A stretch of DNA of 32,000 nt from Desulfocapsa sulfexigens DSM 10523 (lineage in GTDB: Bacteria > Desulfobacterota > Desulfobulbia > Desulfobulbales > Desulfocapsaceae), in the NCBI RefSeq assembly GCF_000341395.1, contig NC_020304.1:3630001-3662000 (forward strand). The letters are read 5' to 3'. How positions within the stretch are numbered: the first letter of the stretch is position 1; every line of letters starts with the position of its first letter. The notes below the pieces were generated by a model. That model was not told the origin of the DNA. It made no database searches and saw only the letters and a program-made list of their open reading frames with translations. Positions 10,112 through 19,700 of this stretch are shown here, one piece after another. A program made the position numbers and the translations under genes.

Positions 10112-11293
10112 ATGTCCCTTTCTCAAACATTCACCGTGACCCAGCCAACTCAAATTCAGTTCGGTGCAGGTACCATTGCCAATCTTGCTACAACAGTAAA
10201 AAACTTCAATGGAACTAACGTATTCCTGGTGATTGATCCGGGCCTGGTAAAAGCCGGTCTGGTCAAAACCATCACTGCTCCCCTCAAAAAAGCAAAAATC
10301 CCCTTTACTGTTTATGACAAAATCGATCCTGAGCCAGGTCTCAAACTAGCCGACAAAGGTACAACACTTGCCAAAAAATCGGGGTGCGACTGTGTTGTTG
10401 GCGTTGGTGGCGGTTCTGCCATGGACGTTGCAAAGGCAATCGCGATCCTCCTCACAAATGGAGGGAAAGCTGTTGACTATCTCGGCCTGGGTCTCATAAA
10501 AAAACCTGGTGTTCCAAAAATCATGGTTCCCACTTCCTCTGGAACTGGGGCAGAGGTAACATTCACCGCAGTATTTATCAATGAGAAAACCGGCTCTAAG
10601 GGCGGCATGAACGGCGACCCACTCTATCCCGACGCTGCCATTCTTGATCCGGAACTTACCCTTAGCCTTCCACCCCACGTAACTGCTTTTACGGGAATTG
10701 ACGCCCTCACCCATGCACTCGAAGCCTACACATCAACCCAGGCTCACACTCTCTCTGAGATGTATTCTCTTGAAGCTATAAACCTTATAGCTGCCCATCT
10801 TCCTGCGGCCTATGCCAATGGTAACAATCTGGAAGCACGCTCCGCAATGCTTATGGGATCTCTTCTTGGCGGCAAAGCACTGGCTACTGCTGGCGTTGGC
10901 CTGGTGCATGCCATGGCTTACCCCATGGGGGGAATGTTTGGTATCCCTCATGGCCTTGCAAATGCAGTACTTCTGCCCTATGTTGTGGAATATAATCTCA
11001 TTGGAGACATGGAAAAATTTGCAATTCTTGCTGAGGTTCTTGGCCAAAACACCTCTGACCTCACCTTGAGAGAATCGGCAAGTCTCTGTGTCGACGCACT
11101 TTTCAATTTAAATGATGATGTTGGTATTCCTGGCACTCTGAAAGATCTTGACATCCCCTTCGATGCAATACCTGAGATGGCAAAAATCGCACTCACTGTA
11201 ACCAGGCCTGTGGAAAACAATCCAAGGAAACCAACCCTTGAGGACGTAATTGGGATCTACGAAACTGCTTTTAATGGTGATATTTCTTTTTAG
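10112..11293 (+). CDS. Iron-containing (group III) alcohol dehydrogenase
   Basis: 393 aa with GVGGGSAMDVAKAIA, THALEAY and the metal-site region GLVHAMAYPMGGMFGIPHGLANAVLLP. SD AAGGAAA lies upstream. Confidence 0.9.
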   Translation: MSLSQTFTVTQPTQIQFGAGTIANLATTVKNFNGTNVFLVIDPGLVKAGLVKTITAPLKKAKIPFTVYDKIDPEPGLKLADKGTTLAKKSGCDCVVGVGGGSAMDVAKAIAILLTNGGKAVDYLGLGLIKKPGVPKIMVPTSSGTGAEVTFTAVFINEKTGSKGGMNGDPLYPDAAILDPELTLSLPPHVTAFTGIDALTHALEAYTSTQAHTLSEMYSLEAINLIAAHLPAAYANGNNLEARSAMLMGSLLGGKALATAGVGLVHAMAYPMGGMFGIPHGLANAVLLPYVVEYNLIGDMEKFAILAEVLGQNTSDLTLRESASLCVDALFNLNDDVGIPGTLKDLDIPFDAIPEMAKIALTVTRPVENNPRKPTLEDVIGIYETAFNGDISF

Positions 11294-11393
11294 GAACCTT
11301 TACACAAAATAATAATCAATGCAGTTTAGCTGCTTTTTTTAACCGAGAGACAGGATGTACTGTCTCATAAACTCTCTCCATGGAGGAAAGAAA

Positions 11394-12362
11394 ATGAACA
11401 AATTATTCGGAATTTTGTCAGTGATCTGTCTCAGTATGGTCATGACATTTGCTACAGCAGCAGATTCCCACGCAAAAAAACGTATTGTCTTTGGTGGTGG
11501 TCCTGCCGGTGGTACTTTTCAGGTAGTTGCCAACGCCATTCAGGTTTACCAACCTGTTAAAGATATGGCCGATTTCACTGTTAAAGCGCAATCCTCTGCC
11601 GGCTCTGTGGAGAACCTGCGCAAGGTAGACTCAGGTAAGTCTGATTTTGGCGTGGTTTACTCTGGACACGTGTATCTTGGCGCCAATGGCAAGATGAAAA
11701 ATGACCCCAAAAAATATGAGAATGTAATGGCTGTTGCCTATCTTTACGGCGCTCCAGCTCAGCTTGTTGTTCGTGCAGATTCCGGAATCAAATCCGTAAA
11801 AGATCTTGCAGGCAAAAAAGTAGGTGTTGGTAATGCCGGCTCCGGTGCCTTTGCCAACTGTGAACTTTTCTTCACCCATATGGGTGTGTGGGACTCAGTT
11901 GAACGTAATGCAATGGGCTATAACGATGCCGCAGCGGCATTTGGCAACAATCAACTCGATGCATTCTGGCTCTTCACTGCATTCCCATCCGGAGCAGTTA
12001 TCATGGCAGCACAGACCAATGACATCGCTCTTGTTGATCTTGGAGCAGATGCCATGGCCTCAGGATTTTACGAGAAATACCCATATTTCGCTAAACTCTC
12101 AGTTCCTGCTGGAACATACAAGGGTGTAGAGACAGCCACTCCGTCCTTTCAGGATTCTGCTCTTTGGGTAGCCAACAAAGACGTACCGGAAGACGTTGTG
12201 TACAAGCTCCTCAGCGTTATTTATACCGATGAAGGTCTCGCCCATATGGTTGGACAGAAAAAAACCTTCAAAGAGATGTCTATTGCAAGTGGTGTAAACG
12301 GAATCGTCACTCCAATGCATCCGGGTGCCATTAAATTCTGGAAAGAGAAAGGCGTGTTATAA
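11394..12362 (+). CDS. TRAP transporter solute-binding protein, TAXI family
   Basis: Start moved to the ATG at 11394, which has GGAGGAAAG 4 nt upstream; the track ORF begins at 11355. Has a signal peptide (MNKLFGILSVICLSMVMTFATAADSHA). GGGPAGGTFQVVANAI and SSAGSVENLRKVDSGKSDFGV are typical TAXI receptor motifs. Confidence 0.88.
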   Translation: MNKLFGILSVICLSMVMTFATAADSHAKKRIVFGGGPAGGTFQVVANAIQVYQPVKDMADFTVKAQSSAGSVENLRKVDSGKSDFGVVYSGHVYLGANGKMKNDPKKYENVMAVAYLYGAPAQLVVRADSGIKSVKDLAGKKVGVGNAGSGAFANCELFFTHMGVWDSVERNAMGYNDAAAAFGNNQLDAFWLFTAFPSGAVIMAAQTNDIALVDLGADAMASGFYEKYPYFAKLSVPAGTYKGVETATPSFQDSALWVANKDVPEDVVYKLLSVIYTDEGLAHMVGQKKTFKEMSIASGVNGIVTPMHPGAIKFWKEKGVL

Positions 12363-12382
12363 AACAGGCTGAGGGTTTATCA

Positions 12383-12437
12383 GGCTGAAGACTGAAGGTA
12401 AGGCATACACTCATTATCTTCTTCTTCAGCCTTTTTG
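12383..12437 (+). terminator. Intra-operon hairpin with T-run (attenuator/terminator) between the TAXI receptor and permease genes
   Basis: GGCTGAAGA (12383-12391) pairs with TCTTCAGCC (12423-12431). The stem can extend by GAAG(G)/(T)CTTC after a small internal loop. It is followed by TTTTTGCTTTT. Confidence 0.45.
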
Positions 12438-12496
12438 CTTTTACTTCCCCTTCACCTATCCACCAGCAATTCGTTCCCTAAAACGAGGTTTCCCCC

Positions 12497-14221
12497 GTGT
12501 ACGATGATCTAAAACGATTTGAACAGTTACTCTTCGACGTTTGCGCAGTAGGTCTATTGCTTTTTTATTCCTATGCTGCCGTTATATCTCCTGCTGCGAC
12601 CCAATATCATCGAGGGATATATGTCATTGTTACCTATGTACTTGTCTTTCTTCTGTACCGTTCCAAATCCATCTTCGGACGGATCATTGATTACCTGTTG
12701 ATTGTGCTTTCCATTGGAAGCATTGGCTACTGGATATTCAACTTCGAAGCCATCAATTACCGGACTGGTGCAGAGACCCCACTTGATACATGGATTGCCG
12801 TAGTTGGCGTGTTGCTTGGCATTGAACTCGCCAGACGTGTAGTCGGTGTTGTGTTTGTATTTATTGGTGTTCTTATGCTTGCCTATGGGGTATATGGAGA
12901 TTTCATGCCTGATCTTCTCTCCCACGCAGGCGATACCTTTCCTGCTCTCTGCACCTCTATCTTTTACAAGAGTGACGGTATCTTTGGCATTATGGCAAAT
13001 GTTCTCGCCACCTATATTCTGCTCTTTGTTTTCTTTGGTGCCTTTCTTGAAAAATGCGGTGCCCAGAAATTCTTTATCGATTTTCCACTTGCTGCAGTTG
13101 GTCATAAGATTGGAGGACCCGGCAAAGTGGCTGTTATCGCATCAGGTCTCTTTGGATCCATCTCGGGCAGTGCCATCGCAAATACCGTATCAACAGGTGC
13201 TTTCACCATCCCGATGATGAAAAAAGCCGGCTTCAAACCCCATATTGCCGGGGCTATTGAACCAGCCGCCTCCATCGGCGGAATGTTTATGCCACCCATT
13301 ATGGGAGCAGGTGGATTTATCATGGCGGAACTCACGGGTCTGCCTTATTCTCGTATTATGCTGGTAGCCCTCTTTCCTGCCATCATGTATTTTTTCTCCG
13401 TCTTTGTCATGGTTCATTATGAAGCAAAGAAAAATAACATTGTAGGTGAAAAATCAGAACACAGTGCCAGGGAAATTTTTATGAAAGAATGGTATTACAC
13501 AATCCCACTCATGGTAATCACCATTTTTATGCTTCTTGGATATTCACCCGGCTACTCCGCCATTCTTGGCCTTATTTCATGTATTGTTATTTCCTGGTTC
13601 CGTAAAGAAACCCGAATTGGCCCCAAAGAATTCCTGGTAGCATCAAGGAAAGGAGCAGAATCCAGTCTTAAGATCGGTGCTACTGTAGGTGTTATTGGCA
13701 TTATTATTGGTGTCCTGACCTTCAGTGGACTGGTTCTCACCTTTGCTGATATTGTTATTTCGCTCGCAGGCGGATCCCTGGTTCTCACAATCCTCCTCAT
13801 TGCCCTTGCATCCCTTGTGCTTGGTATGGGAGTACCTGTAACAGCTGCCTACCTGATCACCGCAGTGGTTGCAGTGCCGGCACTCACCCATCTTGGAGTA
13901 AACGAGCTGGCTGCACATATGATAGTGTACTGGCTTTCACAGGACTCAAATATTACACCGCCAGTTTGCATTGCAGCTTTTGCGGGAGCAACCATCGCCA
14001 AAGCAAATATGTGGAAGACAGCCTTTTCCGCCTTTAAATTCGCCAAGTTTCTGTACCTTGGCCCCTTTCTTTTTGGATTTGTACCGGGATTCTCTCTCGA
14101 TGGAAGCTCCATGGATATAATCAAGGCCTTTATTATGATTATCTTTGCTACCTGGTTGTATTCCTACTTCCTGAGTGGAATATGGATTAAATCTCTCTTT
14201 GGCAGGAAACAGGCTGCATAA
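12497..14221 (+). CDS. TRAP transporter fused permease (TAXI-type, DctQ/DctM-like fusion)
   Basis: 574 aa and highly hydrophobic throughout with many TM helices. Sits immediately downstream of the TAXI receptor. GTG start with ACGAGG about 10 nt upstream, so the start is less certain than the frame. Confidence 0.85.
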   Translation: MYDDLKRFEQLLFDVCAVGLLLFYSYAAVISPAATQYHRGIYVIVTYVLVFLLYRSKSIFGRIIDYLLIVLSIGSIGYWIFNFEAINYRTGAETPLDTWIAVVGVLLGIELARRVVGVVFVFIGVLMLAYGVYGDFMPDLLSHAGDTFPALCTSIFYKSDGIFGIMANVLATYILLFVFFGAFLEKCGAQKFFIDFPLAAVGHKIGGPGKVAVIASGLFGSISGSAIANTVSTGAFTIPMMKKAGFKPHIAGAIEPAASIGGMFMPPIMGAGGFIMAELTGLPYSRIMLVALFPAIMYFFSVFVMVHYEAKKNNIVGEKSEHSAREIFMKEWYYTIPLMVITIFMLLGYSPGYSAILGLISCIVISWFRKETRIGPKEFLVASRKGAESSLKIGATVGVIGIIIGVLTFSGLVLTFADIVISLAGGSLVLTILLIALASLVLGMGVPVTAAYLITAVVAVPALTHLGVNELAAHMIVYWLSQDSNITPPVCIAAFAGATIAKANMWKTAFSAFKFAKFLYLGPFLFGFVPGFSLDGSSMDIIKAFIMIIFATWLYSYFLSGIWIKSLFGRKQAA

Positions 14222-14250
14222 CAGTTAAAAAACAGTCCTTCCAGACTCTA

Positions 14251-14290
14251 CAGGGATCCCATTCTGTCGACACAGCGACATGGGCTCCCT
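14251..14290 (+). terminator. Hairpin downstream of the TRAP permease gene
   Basis: CAGGGATCCCAT (14251-14262) pairs with ATGGGCTCCCTG (14279-14290), 12 bp with one mismatch. An inner CTGT/ACAG mini-stem is possible. There is no U-tract. Confidence 0.3.
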
Positions 14291-14385
14291 GAAACAGTTT
14301 CTATGAAAGGTTATCGGTTTTTTCACCGTTCGTACTATCATTAACTTTCTCATCGCAACATCTCCGCCAGAAAACAGGACTACAT

Positions 14386-16674
14386 ATGCGGAAAATCGAA
14401 AACTGGATTGGAGATATGGTCATCCGGTACCGCTGGCTGTTTGTCCTTGGTCTTCTCGGTTCTGCTCTCCTGTCTGCAAACGGTATACGTTTCCTCACCT
14501 TCTCCAACGACTCACGAATGTTTTTCTCCGAGGAAAACCCTCAACTGCAAGCTTTGGAGGCACTGGAAAAAACCTACACCAAGGTGGAAAATGTCCTTTA
14601 TCTTATTGCTCCAAAGTCAGGAAACATATTTGAAAGAGAGACTCTTCAAGCCGTAGAATTCCTCACCGAACAGTCCTGGCGCCTTCCCTTCTCAAGCCGG
14701 GTCAACTCTTTGAGTAACTACCAGCACACCAGGGCTTTTGAAGATGACCTTATGGTTTCAGACCTTATAGCAGGTGCTGAATCCCTTACCGATGCAGAGA
14801 TCGCAGCAATAAAGAAGACTGCCCTCGCTCAACCCATGCTTCTCACCAGCATGATTGACAAAAAGGGTAGTGTTACCGCAATCAATGTTAATATAATCAA
14901 GCCAGACGATGGCAGTTATGACCTGCAGGAGATCAATGATGCGGCCCTGAATCTCCATCGACTTATGAAGGACACCTATCCATTTCTCGACATCTATCTC
15001 ACTGGCGGTGTCATGATAGATTCAGCCTTTGGCGATGCTCCTGCAAAAGACATGCGAACACTTATCCCCGTCATGTTTGGGCTCCTGCTCTTTCTCATTG
15101 TTATTTCCCTTCGTTCAATCATGGCAACAGTGGCCACTCTGCTTATCATCATACTGTCTACCATCACTGGTCTTGGTCTTGCCGGGTGGATGGGAATCGT
15201 GATAACACCAGCCTCTGCCAACGCGCCAATTATCATCCTGACCCTTGCGGTGGCTGACTCCATTCATATACTGGTTACCATTTTTCACCAGATGAGAAAG
15301 GGTACAGTAAAAACTGCTGCAATCAAAGAGTCCATCAGGGTAAACTTAAAACCTGTAGTGATAACGAGCGTCAGTACAGCAATAGGCTTTCTGACCATGA
15401 ATTTTTCCGATGCGCCACCCTTCAGAGATCTTGGAAATATTGTGGCCATGGGCGTTATGGCAGCTCTTATCTACTCAATTTTCTTTATGCCAGCACTTCT
15501 GGCCGTCCTTCCGTTGCGCACCAGACAAAACAGATCAGAACAACACAGGATATTTGGCCTCCTGGCTGAATTTGTTATCAGGCGCCGCACCCCTGTTTTC
15601 TGGTTTATGATAGCGATGATTCTTTTCACCAGCAGCGGAATGTCAAAAATTTATCTCAACGACGAATTTATAAAATATTTTGATACCAGCTATCCCTTTA
15701 GAGTGGCATCTGATTTTGCAGCGGAACACTTGGCAGGACTTGAAATCATAGACTGGAACCTCAATTCCGGAGAAGAAGGCGGCATCAATGACCCCAAATA
15801 CCTGGAAACAGTCGATGCTTTTGCCAACTGGTTTCGTGCTCAACCAGAAGTCAGGCACGTTTATACCATCACTGATATTATGAAACGTCTCAATCAGAAC
15901 ATGCACGGCGATGATCCGGCATGGTATAAACTTCCTCAGGAAAGGGATCTTGCTGCTCAATATTTGCTTCTCTACGAGATGAACCTGCCTTTCGGTCTTG
16001 ATCTCAACAATCGTATCAATGTGGATAAATCTGCTATCCGAATGACCGTTGCCACTCCAAATATCGGGACAGCTGCAATTCTTGACCTTGAGCGCCGCGG
16101 CCGTGAATGGCTTGATATCAACGCTCCTTCCATGACAACTTATGGATCCGGGCTTTCCATTATATTCTCCTTCATCTCAAAGCGAAATATCGATTCCATG
16201 CTGAAAGGTTCCGTTATTGCTCTGATTCTTATTTCGCTTATCATGATCGTGGCATTACGTGATATAAAACTTGGCATTTTAAGCCTGATACCTAACCTCA
16301 CTCCTGCTTTTATGGCCTTTGGTGTCTGGGGACATATGGTCGGACAAGTCGGCCTAGCCGTCTCAGTTATGATAGCCATGACTCTTGGTATTGTTGTTGA
16401 TGATACCGTTCATTTTATTTCAAAATATCAACGTGCCAGGAAAGAACATGGCATGGATGCTGAAGATGCTGTGAGATACGCTTTTAACACCGTAGGATCC
16501 GCAATCTGGGTTACTACCCTGGCCCTGGTCGGCGGCTTTGGTGTGCTTTCCTTCTCCGGATTCCAAATCAATGCCCATATGGGTTTGATGACGACAATAA
16601 CCATTATTTTCGCCATAATTCTCGATTTCTTCTTTCTCCCAACACTCCTCTTAAAACTGGAGAGTACCAGATGA
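14386..16674 (+). CDS. RND-superfamily exporter, MMPL / COG1033-like (two 6-TM bundles with sterol-sensing-domain-like topology)
   Basis: 762 aa with an internal duplication: a TM helix, a large soluble loop and five TM helices, twice. N-terminal MVIRYRWLFVLGLLGSALLS, then LTGGVMIDSAF...TLAVADSIHIL in bundle 1 and MTLGIVVDDTVHFISKY in bundle 2. Confidence 0.8.
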   Translation: MRKIENWIGDMVIRYRWLFVLGLLGSALLSANGIRFLTFSNDSRMFFSEENPQLQALEALEKTYTKVENVLYLIAPKSGNIFERETLQAVEFLTEQSWRLPFSSRVNSLSNYQHTRAFEDDLMVSDLIAGAESLTDAEIAAIKKTALAQPMLLTSMIDKKGSVTAINVNIIKPDDGSYDLQEINDAALNLHRLMKDTYPFLDIYLTGGVMIDSAFGDAPAKDMRTLIPVMFGLLLFLIVISLRSIMATVATLLIIILSTITGLGLAGWMGIVITPASANAPIIILTLAVADSIHILVTIFHQMRKGTVKTAAIKESIRVNLKPVVITSVSTAIGFLTMNFSDAPPFRDLGNIVAMGVMAALIYSIFFMPALLAVLPLRTRQNRSEQHRIFGLLAEFVIRRRTPVFWFMIAMILFTSSGMSKIYLNDEFIKYFDTSYPFRVASDFAAEHLAGLEIIDWNLNSGEEGGINDPKYLETVDAFANWFRAQPEVRHVYTITDIMKRLNQNMHGDDPAWYKLPQERDLAAQYLLLYEMNLPFGLDLNNRINVDKSAIRMTVATPNIGTAAILDLERRGREWLDINAPSMTTYGSGLSIIFSFISKRNIDSMLKGSVIALILISLIMIVALRDIKLGILSLIPNLTPAFMAFGVWGHMVGQVGLAVSVMIAMTLGIVVDDTVHFISKYQRARKEHGMDAEDAVRYAFNTVGSAIWVTTLALVGGFGVLSFSGFQINAHMGLMTTITIIFAIILDFFFLPTLLLKLESTR

Positions 16675-17483
16675 TTCTTCTCAACCCCCTTTCGATGTAT
16701 GGTCTGTTCACTGTTCTTCTTTTATCTCAGTGTTTTCTCATCTCCACCGCCTCCTGTGAAACTGCCGAGGAAAAAGGGCTGGCTATTGCTATGGAGGCTG
16801 ATCGGCGCGATAATGGTTTTGGTGATTACACTGCAGACATGACGATGACTCTTAAAAACCGACATGGCAAGGAAAGTAAACGACTCATTCGCAGCAAAAC
16901 ACTTGAGGTACCGGGAGATGGTGATAAAAGCCTTTCCATTTTCGACACCCCACGCGATGTAAAGGGAACCGCATTCCTCAGTTTTTCTCATAAAATCGGA
17001 GATGACGAGCAATGGTTGTATCTTCCTGCTCTTAAGCGGGTCAAAAGAATAAACTCCCGCAACAAGTCAGGATCATTTATGGGCAGCGAATTTGCTTACG
17101 AAGATATTGCCAGCCAGGAACCTGAAAAATTCACCTATAAACATCTCCGGGAAGAAGAATATCAGGGGCAACTCTGTTTTGTTGGCGAAAGTTATCCCGT
17201 AGATACCAAAAATTCCGGCTACACCAAACGTGTTTCATGGGTTGACAAGGCGGAATATCGTCTGCAGAAAGTCGAATTTTACGATCGTAAAAACAGTCTT
17301 TTAAAAACACTGACAGTGAATGGATATCGCCAGTATCTTGACAGATACTGGCGCCCAGAGAGCATGAACATGGTGAACCATCAAACCGGGAAATCAACCA
17401 CACTGGTATGGGAAAATTATTTATTCCGTACCGGACTCACAGACAATGACTTCAACTCCACCAGCCTGAAACGTGTCCGCTAA
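16671..17483 (+). CDS. Outer-membrane lipoprotein-sorting (LolA-like) family protein, exported
   Basis: The ATG overlaps the RND stop (ATGA), and GGAGAG lies 6 nt upstream. Has a signal peptide. DRRDNGFGDYTADMTM...LIRSKTLEVPGDGDKSLSIFDTPRDVKGTAFL...QWLYLPALKRVKRI...GSFMGSEFAYEDI matches my memory of the LolA_like family often annotated next to COG1033 exporters. Confidence 0.7.
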   Translation: MILLNPLSMYGLFTVLLLSQCFLISTASCETAEEKGLAIAMEADRRDNGFGDYTADMTMTLKNRHGKESKRLIRSKTLEVPGDGDKSLSIFDTPRDVKGTAFLSFSHKIGDDEQWLYLPALKRVKRINSRNKSGSFMGSEFAYEDIASQEPEKFTYKHLREEEYQGQLCFVGESYPVDTKNSGYTKRVSWVDKAEYRLQKVEFYDRKNSLLKTLTVNGYRQYLDRYWRPESMNMVNHQTGKSTTLVWENYLFRTGLTDNDFNSTSLKRVR

Positions 17484-17493
17484 CGCAATTCGA

Positions 17494-18693
17494 ATGATGA
17501 TTCCAGGTGTCTTGAGTTACCTTGTTCTGACTCTGCTTCTGTTGCCATCCCATGCTGCTGGATTTGAAGCCAGAGGAGATCTTTCCGCTCAGGGATTTCT
17601 CTTTCTTGAAAATGGAGCCTGGCCACACCAGGAAAAGCAATTCGCATCCGTTGCCGGGAACCTCCAGCTGCACCATGAAGCAGCTGATAATTTCCAATTC
17701 ACGGTGGATGCCTTTTACCGTATTGACAGTGAAGACAGGGAGAGGACTCACGGGGACCTGCGGCTCGCTGAAGTTCTCTACTTTACCGACAACTGGGAGA
17801 TCACTTTTGGGCTGGGACGGGTTTTCTGGGGTGCCACGGAGTTTGTCCACCTGGTTGACATCATCAATCAGACCGATCAGGTTGAAGCACCGGATGGCGA
17901 AGAGAAACTCGGGCAGCCCATGGTACACCTCACTGTTCCTCGTGACTGGGGCGTTATCGAAGCCTTTGTTCTCACATGGTTCAGAGAACGAACCTTTCCT
18001 GGTGAGAAAGGAAGAGTCCGAACTCCTCTTCCCGTTGACGCGGACCAGACCCAATATGAAAGCGGCGCTGAAGAGCATCACACCGATCTTGCCATGCGCT
18101 ATTCTACAATACTTGGTGATGTAGCAGATTTTGGTATCTACTACTTCAATGGTACAGCACGTGATCCTGTACTGTTATTTTCACAGGACAACTCTGGGAC
18201 TCCTGTATTGTATCCCTACTATGAACAGATTGGTCAGATTGGCCTTGATCTTCAAATGGTTGCCGGAGAGTGGCTGTTCAAGGCAGAGGCATATTATCGC
18301 AGCGGTCAGAGCAGATCATACGGTGCCACCACCTTTGGATTTGAATACACCCTTGTTGGAATTGCAGATACTATGATGGATCTTGGACTCATCGGGGAAT
18401 ATGTCTATGATGATCGTGACGATGGCTGGTTACCCACCATCTATGAAAATGACCTTATGGCTGGTCTGCGCCTGGCAGTAAACGATATGGATGACTCCAA
18501 TATCCTGCTTGGAGCCATCCGTGACATCCCTTCAGGCTCCACAACTATTGCTGTGGAAGCCAGTCGTCGAATCGGTGAATCAGTCCGACTCAACCTGGAT
18601 GCTTCTTTCTTTGTTAATATGGATAGTCAGGATCCCGCATTCAGCTTTGCCAGAGACGATTTCATAAAACTTGAAATACTTTACTACTGGTAA
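17494..18693 (+). CDS. Putative outer-membrane beta-barrel protein (uncharacterised)
   Basis: Start set at the ATG at 17494; the track start at 17473 is a GTG that overlaps the previous gene. Has a signal peptide MMIPGVLSYLVLTLLLLPSHAAG, an alternating hydrophobic pattern rich in Tyr/Gly/Asp, and the C-terminal signature LEILYYW ending in an aromatic residue. Confidence 0.6.
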   Translation: MMIPGVLSYLVLTLLLLPSHAAGFEARGDLSAQGFLFLENGAWPHQEKQFASVAGNLQLHHEAADNFQFTVDAFYRIDSEDRERTHGDLRLAEVLYFTDNWEITFGLGRVFWGATEFVHLVDIINQTDQVEAPDGEEKLGQPMVHLTVPRDWGVIEAFVLTWFRERTFPGEKGRVRTPLPVDADQTQYESGAEEHHTDLAMRYSTILGDVADFGIYYFNGTARDPVLLFSQDNSGTPVLYPYYEQIGQIGLDLQMVAGEWLFKAEAYYRSGQSRSYGATTFGFEYTLVGIADTMMDLGLIGEYVYDDRDDGWLPTIYENDLMAGLRLAVNDMDDSNILLGAIRDIPSGSTTIAVEASRRIGESVRLNLDASFFVNMDSQDPAFSFARDDFIKLEILYYW

Positions 18694-18750
18694 ATTACAC
18701 ATAAAATCCCCCTCCTAATCAAAACGAAAAAAAGGCTTTCTGAAAAATAA

Positions 18751-19644
18751 ATGACATCAAACAACAAAGGGCTTTTTGCAGCATTGGGAGCCTTCACAAT
18801 ATGGGGTCTGCTTCCTCTCTACTGGAAGGCACTCTCTTCCGCTATTCCCCTGGAGATTATATGTCACCGCATCACCTGGTCAACACTTGTAACCCTACTG
18901 CTTTTGGTCATGTGGGGAAAAGTCGGCAAGCTCCGCACAGTTCTCAAGAACAGGAAAATTTTACTGCGTTTTGCCCTCACCTCGCTTCTGCTCTCGACAA
19001 ACTGGCTTCTATACATATGGGCAGTAAACAACAACTATATCGTTGAATCCAGCCTTGGATACTATATAAACCCATTGATCAATGTCCTGCTGGGAGTCCT
19101 TTTCCTTAGAGAACGCCTCCGAGTGCCACAGTGGGTTGCTGTTTTTTTTGCATTTGCCGGGGTATGCTATCTCACCTTCGGTTATGGCCAGTTCCCATGG
19201 ATCGCCATTGTCCTCGCAGTGACCTTCGGTTTTTATGGTTTACTGCGTAAAACTGCAAGTATCCCCTCTCTGGAAGGGCTCTGTCTCGAGACTTCTCTCC
19301 TCTTTCTCCCGGCATTTCTGTTCCTGCTTTACCTGACCATTCAAGGAGAGTTTGATTTTGTGAAGCAGAGTATTGATGGCAAAATTCTATTGATCGGTAC
19401 CGGAATCGTCACCACTATGCCACTCCTTTTCTTTGGCTATGCTGCACAGAAAATTCAACTTTCAACACTTGGAGTTGTCCAATACCTTGCCCCAACACTA
19501 CAACTGAGCATTGGACTCTTTGTTTATAATGAACCTTTCCCCCGAGAACAGATGATTGGCTTTGCACTGGTATGGTGTGGCCTGCTTATTTATGCAACGG
19601 AGGGCACTCTCATCCATATTCGAAAAACAAAGAGGAGGCTATAA
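18751..19644 (+). CDS. rarD: EamA/DMT-family transporter RarD
   Basis: 297 aa with 10 predicted TM helices. The N-terminus KGLFAALGAFTIWGLLPLYWKAL is typical of RarD. Confidence 0.85.
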   Translation: MTSNNKGLFAALGAFTIWGLLPLYWKALSSAIPLEIICHRITWSTLVTLLLLVMWGKVGKLRTVLKNRKILLRFALTSLLLSTNWLLYIWAVNNNYIVESSLGYYINPLINVLLGVLFLRERLRVPQWVAVFFAFAGVCYLTFGYGQFPWIAIVLAVTFGFYGLLRKTASIPSLEGLCLETSLLFLPAFLFLLYLTIQGEFDFVKQSIDGKILLIGTGIVTTMPLLFFGYAAQKIQLSTLGVVQYLAPTLQLSIGLFVYNEPFPREQMIGFALVWCGLLIYATEGTLIHIRKTKRRL

Positions 19645-19700
19645 GTTTCAATGTCAACTACCGCCAACTCAGAAAAATTGTAACCACATGACCATAGGGT

